From Candidatus Acetothermia bacterium (GTDB taxonomy: Bacteria > Bipolaricaulota > Bipolaricaulia > RBG-16-55-9 > DRXL01): DNA of 64,000 nucleotides. Shown in pieces: positions 39,112 through 47,964 of the stretch. The stretch spans positions 12,681-76,680 of the forward strand of contig JAJHSH010000049.1 of the NCBI GenBank assembly GCA_022683945.1. The letters are read 5' to 3'. The position numbers were made by a program, and so were the translations under genes. The notes beneath the pieces are model-generated. The model was not told where the DNA came from, did no database searches, and worked only from the letters and a program-made list of their open reading frames with translations. The number at the start of each line of letters is the position of its first letter. The stretch's first letter is position 1.

Positions 39112-39756
39112 ATGGAGACGATAGCGACGTATCATGCGCCGGAGACGCGCCGCAAGATCCTAGAACTCTTGAAGCTCCACGGGCCGATGACGGCGCATCA
39201 GCTCGCTAAAGCGCTGGGGATGACCGTCATGGGCGTGCGCGGACAATTGGCTGCTTTGGAGCGCGATGGGCTTGTCTCTCATAGCGTTACTCCAAGAAAG
39301 CTGGGACGCCCCAGCTACCTCTACTTGCTCACCGGGTTAGGGAACGAACTCTTCCCGCGCACCTATGCGCAATTCGCCCAGAGCTTGCTCGAAACGATCC
39401 AAGCGCTCGAGGGCGCTCAGGCCATCGGACGGCTCTTTGATCAGCGCACAGAGCTTTTAGCTGTCCAGTACCGCGCGCGCATGAACGGCAAACTCCTGAG
39501 AGAGCGCGTCGCGGAACTTGCTCAAATCCGTACCGAAGAGGGCTACATGGCCGACTGGGAAGAACTGAGTAAAAATAAATTTTTGCTGACGGAGCACAAC
39601 TGCGCGATCTGTCAGATCGCCCAGAAATGCCCGATGGCGTGCAGCCACGAGCTGGAACTCTTTCGTCGGGTCTTGGAGGACGCCGAAGTCACTCGCGACC
39701 AGCATATCATCAAGGGCGACTGGGCCTGCACGTATGTGATCCGCCCCAAACGCTGA
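39112..39756 (+). CDS. Winged-helix transcriptional regulator with a C-terminal Cys-rich domain (ArsR/COG2345-like). The ORF is open from 39091.
   Basis: ETRRKILELLKLHGPMTAHQLAKALGMTVMGVRGQLAALERDGLV wHTH. C-terminal motifs CAICQ...CPMAC...C. Confidence 0.65.
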   Translation: METIATYHAPETRRKILELLKLHGPMTAHQLAKALGMTVMGVRGQLAALERDGLVSHSVTPRKLGRPSYLYLLTGLGNELFPRTYAQFAQSLLETIQALEGAQAIGRLFDQRTELLAVQYRARMNGKLLRERVAELAQIRTEEGYMADWEELSKNKFLLTEHNCAICQIAQKCPMACSHELELFRRVLEDAEVTRDQHIIKGDWACTYVIRPKR

Positions 39757-39760
39757 AGCT

Positions 39761-40171
39761 ATGAAACTGCTGCTCATCTACGACGGCACGTGTGCTTATT
39801 GTCGTGGCTTTGCGCGACTAGTGCGCGCGCTCGATCTGCGAAAGAGATTTGTCTTGCTCCCGTTTGAGAGCGAGCAAGCCCAAAAGCTGCTGCGCGCGCA
39901 GTTTGGGAAAGACTTCGGGTTCGCGATGTTTCTCTTTGAAGAAGACTCTGTCAGTTGGGGTTCCGAAGCTGCGAAGAGAATTGTGCAGGCGCTTTCGTTG
40001 CCGGGGTCGTCTGTGGCTTTCTGGCTCTATCCCAAGATCGTTCAGATAGTTTCGTGGCTGACGCGCCGCCCAAAAAGAGTCTGCGGGCCGGACTGCGCAG
40101 GGCTGCGCAAGGCTTCACAAACGCAGAGCCTCCCCCTTAAGTCTGAGGTCTGCCGGATGCTCAAGTCGTAG
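39761..40171 (+). CDS. DCC-family thiol-disulfide oxidoreductase (DUF393)
   Basis: LIYDGTCAYCRG motif. The stop TAG is provided by the palindromic hairpin. Confidence 0.7.
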   Translation: MKLLLIYDGTCAYCRGFARLVRALDLRKRFVLLPFESEQAQKLLRAQFGKDFGFAMFLFEEDSVSWGSEAAKRIVQALSLPGSSVAFWLYPKIVQIVSWLTRRPKRVCGPDCAGLRKASQTQSLPLKSEVCRMLKS

Positions 40172-40196
40172 GGGCGAGGTCACCTTGCCCCTACAG
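40167..40196. repeat. GTAGGGGC...GCCCCTAC hairpin, copy 3, acting as a bidirectional terminator between the DCC gene and the OMP-like gene
   Basis: cgtaggggcgaggtcaccttgcccctacag. Confidence 0.7.
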
Positions 40197-40679
40197 TTAG
40201 AAATAAAAGTGCACGCCCAGTCCACCGGTCACGCCGCCGCGCGTACCCCCTAAGCCGAAGATCCCTACTTCACCCGTGAACGCAATATTGGGAATGAAAC
40301 GCATCTCCAGCCCCGTGAAGATCTGAACTGGCGTGTAGAGCATCAGAGCGTCATTGGGAGGAGTGTAGGCGAAGAATCCCATTCCCGCTCCTATGTAAAT
40401 ATCGGCCAGATCAAGATTGATGAGCTTAAAGAGCGCTCGCGGTGCGAAACTGAGCGACGTCCCGACCAAGAAGAAGTTCGCATCGAAGCCGATCAGATCT
40501 GCGATCCAGACGCGCAGGCTCAACCCCGACGCCGGCACAGTATGCGGCGGCATGACGGGGAACGTCAATTGAAACCCTGTTCCTAACCATGTTGTGCGCG
40601 AGGGGTCTTCAGCACACACAGTTGTTGACCAAACGAGCAACACGAACAGCGCGAGCGTTACGGGCCTGGCCCATCTCAT
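40197..40679 (-). CDS. Small outer-membrane beta-barrel-like protein
   Basis: Signal peptide; alternating amphipathic strands; C-terminus GLGVHFYF ends in an aromatic residue. Confidence 0.55.
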   Translation of the reverse strand: MRWARPVTLALFVLLVWSTTVCAEDPSRTTWLGTGFQLTFPVMPPHTVPASGLSLRVWIADLIGFDANFFLVGTSLSFAPRALFKLINLDLADIYIGAGMGFFAYTPPNDALMLYTPVQIFTGLEMRFIPNIAFTGEVGIFGLGGTRGGVTGGLGVHFYF

Positions 40680-40781
40680 AGCGAACCTCCCTGATGTCTA
40701 GAGCTTCTGTGTACTACTCTAGCTCTTGTGCTCTTGACTCCCAAGCCCTCTCGTAAGCTCTCTATGTGACAACGATCACAT

Positions 40782-41297
40782 TCACTCCAAGGGAGGCTCG
40801 ACTCTCACAGGCTTTAAGAAATAATAGTGCAGCCCCAAGCTGAATGTCGGCTGGAAGCCGACGCGCGTCGGCTCGAAGAAGATCGCCTGCCCGAACTCCA
40901 AGTTGATCGCTAAACTTGGCAGAATGCTCAGTTCCATGCCGCCCAAGATAGCTACATCAGCGATGCTGGGCTGTGCATAGTCGCCCAAGTGGAGATTGGC
41001 CCAGAGCACCGCGTAGAAATCGAAAATATCGGTATTGGCGAGACGAAGCAACGTTTTCGCTGCCAGACAGCCGATGGTGAAATCCCCGGTGGAGATCAAG
41101 AACGCATTGGCTTCTAAACCGAGGCTCTCAGTTAGCCAGAAGCGAAAGCTGAAGGCGCAGGGCGCCTGCAGCCCGATTCCCAAGCTGCGATCCTGCGAAA
41201 GATCACGCGACGCTCTTGGTTCTTGCGCGATAGCTGCAACGGCTGTTCCCAGACCGATACCTATAATGACGACTATCAAGACAAGCTTCTTAAGCAT
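40782..41297 (-). CDS. Paralogous small outer-membrane beta-barrel-like protein. The ORF is open to 41525; the likely start is MLKKLVLIVV.
   Basis: Signal peptide; C-terminus SLGLHYYF; similar to the 40197 gene. Confidence 0.5.
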   Translation of the reverse strand: MLKKLVLIVVIIGIGLGTAVAAIAQEPRASRDLSQDRSLGIGLQAPCAFSFRFWLTESLGLEANAFLISTGDFTIGCLAAKTLLRLANTDIFDFYAVLWANLHLGDYAQPSIADVAILGGMELSILPSLAINLEFGQAIFFEPTRVGFQPTFSLGLHYYFLKPVRVEPPLE

Positions 41298-41365
41298 TCT
41301 CTCCTCCTTCGTCTGATCCGTTGTCGGTATAAAAAGAGCAGGTGCAGGGTTCCCCCTGTCTCCAA

Positions 41366-44209
41366 TTAATTCCCTCTGAACTCCTGCTCGGATTCGGCGT
41401 TGGCTTTGATCGCATCGTCGGTGAAGAGCACCGGATAATAGTCGTTCACAAGCCAGTACGCGATAAGATCTCCAAAGTGCGACGTGTTCGCGACCCCGCT
41501 CTGGCCGGTGGGCAGCGCGTTCCAAGCTCGGATCCCCTTAGGATTCAACTCAACAATCTGTCGCTGCGACGGTCCGCGGCTGAACCCGAAATCTTCAGCT
41601 TTTGTGCCCTTCACGCTGTAGTTTGCCACGTCCACAGCAGCTAAAGTGCCATCTACCGGCAACCCATCGGCGTATTCGGGCTGAGGGTAGACCGCCGGGG
41701 GTATGCTGAACTTATGCGTCTGCGGGTGCATTGAGCTTCTGAACGTGATGCGATGAAGCTTGCCCCAACGATAGTCTTCAAGCTTTTCGGATTTGTTATA
41801 GGCTTTGGCAAAGGCGTCGCCTCTGAGCAGATCGAGCGCATCTTGCAGGCTCTTCAAGATGCGCCAGTCGCGCTCCTCTTCGGGAGACAAGAAGAGATCG
41901 GGCACATCAAAGAAGTCTACGCCCGACTCGCCGCGACCCTGCTTGCGCGGGAATCTCTCCAAGAGATTGAGCAGCGCGTTCACCGCGAAGAACCCGCCCG
42001 GCTTGGCCATCGTCTTGTCCAGACGATCTAGTGTGTCGTCAATAACACGCCGGATGAAGACGCTCAGCCAGACGTTGAAGATCGTCGTAGCGACGCTATC
42101 GGTGATCTCGCTCTCCGACGGCGTGTTGAGTGTAAAGCTCTTGCCGTCGGGGCTCACAGAATCGTTCTCATCAAAACCCTCGGGGATGCCCGTCGGCGTG
42201 GCGAAGCTCCACTTAGCTATGTATTTTTCAATCGCATCGGCCAGACGGGTGTCTCTGAGCAGCGCTTTGAGTTCATCGGGTGCATCTGCAGATCGGGCGT
42301 TCTTGAGCGCTGTGAGTAGGCTGGCCGTCAAACGTCGTCCGATGAGCGAGACCGTGTCCGATTGAATCTTCGCCATATCTTCGACAGAGAACTTCTCGCC
42401 CTTGGCGATCTTCGCTTTGATCAGTTCTGTGATTCTGCCAGCGCGAAAGCCGATATCGTAGCTCCAGTCCAGATAATAGATCGCGTTGCTGCCGCGACGC
42501 CTCTGGTTGAGCGGGTCGTTATCTAACGTCGTGCCGAGCGGGTCGTTGTTGGCGCTGACGATAAAGCCTGCCGGAGGATTGACGATCTGCGGCATCTCTT
42601 CTATGGGAAGAATAGCAGATGGAGTAGCATGTCCGGGGGCGCGCCCGCCCTCCATAGAGATCCACTGGTGCAATGCAGAGCCGGTGCCATCGCGCACGAA
42701 GAAGGGCGGCAGGCCCAGATCTACCCGACCCGCTTCCAAGTCCTGGCGCAGCGGCGCTTCGGCTCCCGTGAAATACGCGATGTTTCCCTCAACGTCGGCA
42801 TAGCCCCAGTTCTGCGAGCCGACATCGAAGAATTTAACGCCCTCGCGGAACTGCTCGAGATTTCTCGCGCGATTCCAGAGCCGGAAGGTCAGAAGCTCTG
42901 TCGTCGCATAAAAACCCGTGTACTGGACGGAGATCGCTTGGCCGATCTTGAGATCGAGACTGACCACCGGGCCGTGTCGGGGAATAATATACGTCGTCGT
43001 CTTGGGAGCCTCGGCGAGATTATCGAACTGACCGTCGCCTAGTTTATTGACGCGATAGGACTCTTCTAGCGCCGTTACGGGTTCCAGCTTCCCCTGAAAA
43101 TTGCTGAAGAGCTTACCGTCGCGCTCCACAACAGCCTCTTGGAACATATCGGTCTCATCCAAAGGGTTGACGGTCGCTGACCAAGCGATCTTCTCATTGT
43201 GTCCCAAGATCACATAGGGGATGCCGGGGAAGGTCGTGCCGACGACGTTGATCCCGTCGGCGGATTTTTGATCTATCGCGTACCAGACGCCGGGCATCTC
43301 TAAGCCCAGATGCGGGTCGTTGGCCAAGAGAGCATACCCGGTTGCAGAGTGCTTCGAGCCGATGAGCCACCAGTTGCTGCCCGTCTCCATCAGCGCCTCG
43401 CGATTTAAGATGGACTTGAAGAAGTCAATATCTTTAATGCGCTGATAGAACTTCTCCAGCATGGCTAAGACCGTCGGTGAGACTTCGGGCAGGTCTGCGG
43501 TGGGCGGGCGGACCTCCAAGCGCCCTTCGGCATCGCGGACGACGACGGCCGGATCTGCAGGAGCGCTTCTGAAAAGATCTTCAAAGAAGAGCGCGTGCCC
43601 GTTGAAGCCCTTTTCGGTTCCCACTGCGCGATACTTAAAATACGTCAATACGTTGGAAGCATCTATATTGAACGAGAGATCGAAAGTCAAGAGCTTGCCG
43701 ATGGCCAGCGAATCCAACCCCGACCATGACGCGACCTTGGAGAGCTCCAGTTCTTTGTACTCCGGCGGGAGCTGTCCAGACTGATTGATAGTATTTATAT
43801 AAGCGTTGACGCCCGTGACGTAAGCGTTCATCTCTTCGCGGGCGTCATTGGGGATGATCTTTTCGGTCAACTCGGCCGCGCGCCGCAGGCCGAATAAGCG
43901 CAGTATCGTGTCTTGTCCCAGCACTCTCTCCCCAAACAGCTCGGCCAGTGTCCCGCTGGCGGTGCGGCGCAGCACGTCCATCTGAAAGAGCCTGTCTCTG
44001 GCGTGCAGCCAGCCCACCACGCGATACAAGTCAGAAGCGCTTTGTGCAAAAACGTGCGGAACCCCGAACTTATCCGTTACGACTCTTACCGGGGCTTTGA
44101 GGCCGGGAATGCTGACCGGATCGAGCCTCGCTCCGGTCTGAGCCAGAGGCCCCAACGAAAAGATGAGGACGACCGCTACGACCAGTGCAACGATTGACCA
44201 TCGACGCAT
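41366..44209 (-). CDS. Penicillin acylase family protein (S45 Ntn-hydrolase)
   Basis: Signal peptide followed by VVRDKFGVPHVFAQSASDLYRVVGWLHARDRLFQMD ... SNWW (nucleophile Ser region). Confidence 0.85.
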   Translation of the reverse strand: MRRWSIVALVVAVVLIFSLGPLAQTGARLDPVSIPGLKAPVRVVTDKFGVPHVFAQSASDLYRVVGWLHARDRLFQMDVLRRTASGTLAELFGERVLGQDTILRLFGLRRAAELTEKIIPNDAREEMNAYVTGVNAYINTINQSGQLPPEYKELELSKVASWSGLDSLAIGKLLTFDLSFNIDASNVLTYFKYRAVGTEKGFNGHALFFEDLFRSAPADPAVVVRDAEGRLEVRPPTADLPEVSPTVLAMLEKFYQRIKDIDFFKSILNREALMETGSNWWLIGSKHSATGYALLANDPHLGLEMPGVWYAIDQKSADGINVVGTTFPGIPYVILGHNEKIAWSATVNPLDETDMFQEAVVERDGKLFSNFQGKLEPVTALEESYRVNKLGDGQFDNLAEAPKTTTYIIPRHGPVVSLDLKIGQAISVQYTGFYATTELLTFRLWNRARNLEQFREGVKFFDVGSQNWGYADVEGNIAYFTGAEAPLRQDLEAGRVDLGLPPFFVRDGTGSALHQWISMEGGRAPGHATPSAILPIEEMPQIVNPPAGFIVSANNDPLGTTLDNDPLNQRRRGSNAIYYLDWSYDIGFRAGRITELIKAKIAKGEKFSVEDMAKIQSDTVSLIGRRLTASLLTALKNARSADAPDELKALLRDTRLADAIEKYIAKWSFATPTGIPEGFDENDSVSPDGKSFTLNTPSESEITDSVATTIFNVWLSVFIRRVIDDTLDRLDKTMAKPGGFFAVNALLNLLERFPRKQGRGESGVDFFDVPDLFLSPEEERDWRILKSLQDALDLLRGDAFAKAYNKSEKLEDYRWGKLHRITFRSSMHPQTHKFSIPPAVYPQPEYADGLPVDGTLAAVDVANYSVKGTKAEDFGFSRGPSQRQIVELNPKGIRAWNALPTGQSGVANTSHFGDLIAYWLVNDYYPVLFTDDAIKANAESEQEFRGN

Positions 44210-44329
44210 CTTCTGCCACCTCCGTAGGATTTTCTCTGCTGGGACTATTTATAGCAGATCGCACCTGCGCATGGCAAATAGTTTTGACTTTTCTCGGTAA
44301 GAATGAGTATTATACTTGGAGGTGATTCG

Positions 44330-44968
44330 GTGAAAGAGGCAAGCCTCGCGCTTGGATTCTTAGAGACAGAATCTATACAGATACGTCCCTCAGAACCATT
44401 TCGACTGGCCTCCGGACGGCTTTCGCCCGTCTATGTGGACTGTCGTCGCCTGATCTCTTTTCCAAAATGGCGAGAGATCATCACTACGAGTCTCGTGCGC
44501 ATGGTCCAAGAAGAGATCGGTCTTCCGCAAATAGACGTCATTGCCGGGGGAGAGACTGCGGGCATCGCTTACGCGGCGTTTGTAGCGCAGGCTCTGCGCA
44601 AGCCGATGATCTACGTGCGCAAAGAGCCTAAGGGTTACGGAAAATCTTCACAAATTGAAGGGGTTCTCACGCCGGGCCAGCGCGTCTTGCTCGTGGAAGA
44701 CTTGGTCACCGATGGGGGCAGCAAACTCAATTTCAAGCGCGGGATCGAGAATGCCGGTGGGATTGTTCGGCATTGTCTTTGTGTCTTTGAGTATTTTTCA
44801 GAAGAAGCGGGGCTGCATCGCGCGCGGGAGATTCTCAGAGAGAACGGGATCGAGCTGCACGCGCTGGTCAATTGGGATGATGTGTTGAGCGTTGTTCGAG
44901 AGCAGAAGACCTTCACCGAGCAAGAGGTTGCAACAGTCCTGCAATTTTTCGCGGAATTGGCAACGTAA
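44330..44968 (+). CDS. pyrE: Orotate phosphoribosyltransferase. GTG start after a ggaggtga RBS; the ORF is open from 44303.
   Basis: SGRLSPVYVDCR ... LLVEDLVTDGGS, the PRTase motif. Confidence 0.85.
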   Translation: MKEASLALGFLETESIQIRPSEPFRLASGRLSPVYVDCRRLISFPKWREIITTSLVRMVQEEIGLPQIDVIAGGETAGIAYAAFVAQALRKPMIYVRKEPKGYGKSSQIEGVLTPGQRVLLVEDLVTDGGSKLNFKRGIENAGGIVRHCLCVFEYFSEEAGLHRAREILRENGIELHALVNWDDVLSVVREQKTFTEQEVATVLQFFAELAT

Positions 44969-44975
44969 GCGCTCT

Positions 44976-45305
44976 ATGTCAGATTACATACAGGTCATCA
45001 CCACGGTCGCCGGCAAAGAAGAAGCCGAGTGCATGGCTACAGCGCTGCTGGAGAAGCATCTGGCGGCCTGCGTGCAGATCGTGGGCCCAATAACAAGCCT
45101 ATATTGGTGGCAAGGGAAGATCGAGCGCTCAGAAGAGTGGCTGTGCATCGCCAAGTCGGAACTCAAGCTCTTCCCGCAGATAGAAGAGAGAATCAAAGCG
45201 TTGCACTCTTACCAAGTGCCGGAGATTTTAGCTGTCCCCGTGGGCGCGGGGAGCCAGCAATATCTGCAATGGCTGAACGAGCACGTGCGTAAAGAGCGTG
45301 GTTGA
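44976..45305 (+). CDS. cutA: Divalent-cation tolerance protein CutA
   Basis: MSDYIQVITTVAGKEEAECMATALLEKHLAACVQI ... YQVPEIL, the CutA1 fold signature. Confidence 0.85.
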   Translation: MSDYIQVITTVAGKEEAECMATALLEKHLAACVQIVGPITSLYWWQGKIERSEEWLCIAKSELKLFPQIEERIKALHSYQVPEILAVPVGAGSQQYLQWLNEHVRKERG

Positions 45306-45310
45306 TAGAT

Positions 45311-45406
45311 GTGCGGATTTATGAGATCATTTGGAAGGAGCAGTTCGTCGAGAAGATTGCTCGGAAACATAGAGTGACAAGAGAGGAAGTCGAGCAAGCG
45401 ATATGA
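45311..45406 (+). pseudogene. Truncated BrnT/DUF497-like toxin N-terminal fragment (31 codons then a stop) inside a low-GC islet
   Basis: VRIYEIIWKEQFVEKIARKHRVTREEVEQAI fits the [I/F]xW..K...RKHGV.FEE pattern. Followed by a decayed sequence and a 20-bp inverted repeat. Confidence 0.45.
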
Positions 45407-45478
45407 CTTCCGCCAGAAGCTGGCTTGTAAGAAGTGAGGCAGTTATACTAATACTGATTTGACTTGATCATGTTATCG

Positions 45479-45568
45479 AGAGCTGACAGCGGATTCGGGT
45501 AACAGATTAAGCAGATTCGGCGAAAGAAATCAGCTCAATCCGCTACCGAAATCTGCTGTCAGCTCTAC
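45479..45568. repeat. Long imperfect inverted repeat (about 20-bp arms) enclosing cagatt direct repeats, in the low-GC region between cutA and obg
   Basis: agagctgacagcggattcgg ... ccgaaatctgctgtcagctct. Confidence 0.5.
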
Positions 45569-45598
45569 GCACTGTGCGTTTGATTGAAAGACCAGAGA

Positions 45599-46888
45599 TT
45601 ATTTCTCGCTATAGACCAACTCATACTCTCCCAACCGAATCGCGCTGCCCTCTCGCAACCCGCGACGGCGCAGCTCGGCCATAACGCCAAGAGCTTCTAA
45701 GCGCTCATAAAGATACTCTTGTGCATCGCGCTCCTCCAACGAAAGGCGCGACAGCCGCTCGACCGCGCGACCAGACAACACAAAAACGTTATCTTGGAAA
45801 TCTATCTCCCACTCCGGACCGCCGCTGAACGTGTAGATACGTCGCTTTACATCTTCGGTCTCGGAGAGAGGCGCACGCGGCTGGGCCGCCTTCAGCTCCT
45901 GTAACTTTTGGTAGCACTCGTAGATCAGTTCTCGCGTGCCCTCGCCCGTGAGCGCCGAGATCAGACGCAAAGAGATCTTGCGCTCGGAGAAACGCGCTCG
46001 GATCGCCTCTCGCTGCCCTTTTTCTAGCATGTCGATCTTGTTCCCGACCACAATCTGCACTTTCTCTGCGAGCACCGGCGAGAACGAGCGCAACTCGTTA
46101 TTGATGATCTCATAATCTTTCACGGGGTCGCGCGCGTCGTCCGTGGGAGCTAAGTCAATCAGATGCACCAACAGCCGCGTGCGCTCAATGTGTTTGAGAA
46201 ATCTATCGCCCAAGCCCTTGCCTTCATGCGCTCCTTCTATTAATCCGGGAACGTCAACAATCACGAACTCTTGGAACTCTTCGACTCGGACGACCCCCAG
46301 ATTCGGGGTTAGTGTCGTGAACGGGTAGGGTGCGATCTTGGGGCGAGCTGCCGAGATTTTAGCAATTAGACTAGACTTTCCTGCGTTGGGAAAGCCGATA
46401 ATCCCGACATCGGCTATGAGTTTTAGTTCTAATTTGAGCCAGCGCTCTTCGCCGGGAGCGCCGCGCTCGCGAATGCGTGGCGCCTGGCGCGTCGAACTCT
46501 TAAAGTGGACATTCCCACGTCCGCCCTCTCCTCCGCGTGTTATGATCAGCTCTTGCCCTGCGACACTGAGATCGGCGAGCACTTCGCCAGTGTGAAGTGC
46601 TTTGACGACCGTGCCTACGGGAACCGAGACCATCAGATCTTGTCCGTCTGCACCGTAGCGGTTGTTCTTGCCGCCGGGCTGGCCGTGCGGGGCTTTAAAG
46701 TGGATCTGGTGCTTAAATTTCAAGAGTGTATTGAGATGTGGGTCGGCTCTTAAAATAACGGAACCCCCTCGACCGCCGTCGCCGCCATCGGGGCCGCCCT
46801 TGGGACGATATTTCTCTCGCAGAAAGCCGATGATACCGTCTCCGCCCCGGCCGCCCACGACGCAGATCTTCGCCTCGTCAATAAACAT
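45599..46888 (-). CDS. obg: GTPase Obg/CgtA
   Basis: MFIDEAKICVVGGRGGDGIIGFLREKYRPKGGPDGGDGGRGGSV ... GFPNAGKSSL G1 motif. Confidence 0.95.
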   Translation of the reverse strand: MFIDEAKICVVGGRGGDGIIGFLREKYRPKGGPDGGDGGRGGSVILRADPHLNTLLKFKHQIHFKAPHGQPGGKNNRYGADGQDLMVSVPVGTVVKALHTGEVLADLSVAGQELIITRGGEGGRGNVHFKSSTRQAPRIRERGAPGEERWLKLELKLIADVGIIGFPNAGKSSLIAKISAARPKIAPYPFTTLTPNLGVVRVEEFQEFVIVDVPGLIEGAHEGKGLGDRFLKHIERTRLLVHLIDLAPTDDARDPVKDYEIINNELRSFSPVLAEKVQIVVGNKIDMLEKGQREAIRARFSERKISLRLISALTGEGTRELIYECYQKLQELKAAQPRAPLSETEDVKRRIYTFSGGPEWEIDFQDNVFVLSGRAVERLSRLSLEERDAQEYLYERLEALGVMAELRRRGLREGSAIRLGEYELVYSEK

Positions 46889-46945
46889 AAAAAACCACAG
46901 AGATCACAAATGTGCTCTTTGTGCGCCCTGTGGTGAGTCCCGAAG

Positions 46946-47215
46946 TTACTCGGCGTGGACGTGTACGAGACGCCCTTGAAAGACCACTTGGCCATCGCGC
47001 AGCGCGAAGAGCGTGTGATCGCGCCCCAAGCCGACGCCATCGCCGGGGCGAAAGCGCGTGCCGCGCTGATGAAGAATCACGCTGCCCGTGCGCACGAACT
47101 GGCCGCCGAAGGCTTTAACCCCAAGCCGTTTGGCGTTGGAGTCGCGCCCGTTGCGCGAGCTGCCGCTGCTCGTCTTGTGTGCAAAAAGCTGCAGATCGAA
47201 TCTAAACTTTGACAT
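46946..47215 (-). CDS. rpmA: 50S ribosomal protein L27 with a Prp-cleavable N-terminal extension
   Basis: [12 protein letters not shown]|[22 protein letters not shown] ... the cleavage motif precedes the L27 core. Confidence 0.9.
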   Translation of the reverse strand: MSKFRFDLQLFAHKTSSGSSRNGRDSNAKRLGVKAFGGQFVRTGSVILHQRGTRFRPGDGVGLGRDHTLFALRDGQVVFQGRLVHVHAE

Positions 47216-47543
47216 TGCTGACGACCTCCTCTGTCACCCGCAGGTGTTCCGGGTATTCACGCTCTAGAGACTTAAGCCCTAGCACCATCGTTTCCAATAC
47301 GGCGTCAATTTCACGATTCAGAAATATATCGCGCTCCAACTGACAGTGCAACAACCCTTTCTCGTGCTCAACCTTGGGGTCGAGCTTGAGATACTCTTCT
47401 AGCCCCAGTACAGCCGTCTGCAACAGCGTAGAGACTCCGGCACAGACGATATCTTTGCCCTCTTCGGCATAATCTGTGTGACCGAGGCTGCGAAAGGCAA
47501 AGATCTTTCTATCACTATCGCGCGAGATCTCGACCGAGGTCAT
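47202..47543 (-). CDS. prp: Ribosomal-processing cysteine protease Prp
   Basis: DUF464 pattern [20 protein letters not shown], a His/Cys dyad; located between rplU and rpmA. Confidence 0.85.
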   Translation of the reverse strand: MTSVEISRDSDRKIFAFRSLGHTDYAEEGKDIVCAGVSTLLQTAVLGLEEYLKLDPKVEHEKGLLHCQLERDIFLNREIDAVLETMVLGLKSLEREYPEHLRVTEEVVSNVKV

Positions 47544-47857
47544 GCGCGGATCTCCTTGATCGTCGCTTCGAGATAATACTGACGATGGCCGATCTTTCTG
47601 CGCCTGCGGGTCTTGCGCTTATACTTAAAGACATCGAGCTTCGGGCCCCGGAGATTTCGGGTGACCTCGGCGATGACTTTAGCGCCCTTTAGATGAGGCG
47701 CTCCCACCTGGAGCTTCTCGCCCCCAACCAAGAGCACATGGCCGAACTCCACGCGCTCCCCGACTTGAGCGCCCTTGAGCTTCTCGATGACGATGCGATC
47801 GCCTTCGCAGACGCGATACTGTTTGCTGCCCGTCTCAATCACTGCGTACTTATTCAT
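47540..47857 (-). CDS. rplU: 50S ribosomal protein L21
   Basis: MNKYAVIETGSKQYRVCEGDRIVIEKL. Confidence 0.95.
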   Translation of the reverse strand: MNKYAVIETGSKQYRVCEGDRIVIEKLKGAQVGERVEFGHVLLVGGEKLQVGAPHLKGAKVIAEVTRNLRGPKLDVFKYKRKTRRRRKIGHRQYYLEATIKEIRA

Positions 47858-47964
47858 AAGTCACCCGTGCCGTCCTTCTTTCTTTTCTTTTCTTGGCTTT
47901 CTGTAATCAGAAATGTCCCGAACGAGACTTATTCTATCGGGAAGTTGAGCCTTTTGCAAGAGAA

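Noticed and set aside
41805-42365. 186-aa plus-strand ORF inside the penicillin acylase gene
   Set aside because: It is antisense to a well-supported 947-aa acylase and has a Ser/Arg-rich low-complexity translation.
44303-44329. ATG at 44303 as the pyrE start
   Set aside because: This ATG would place the strong ggaggtga Shine-Dalgarno sequence inside the coding region. The GTG at 44330, 5 nt after the SD, gives the canonical OPRTase N-terminus.
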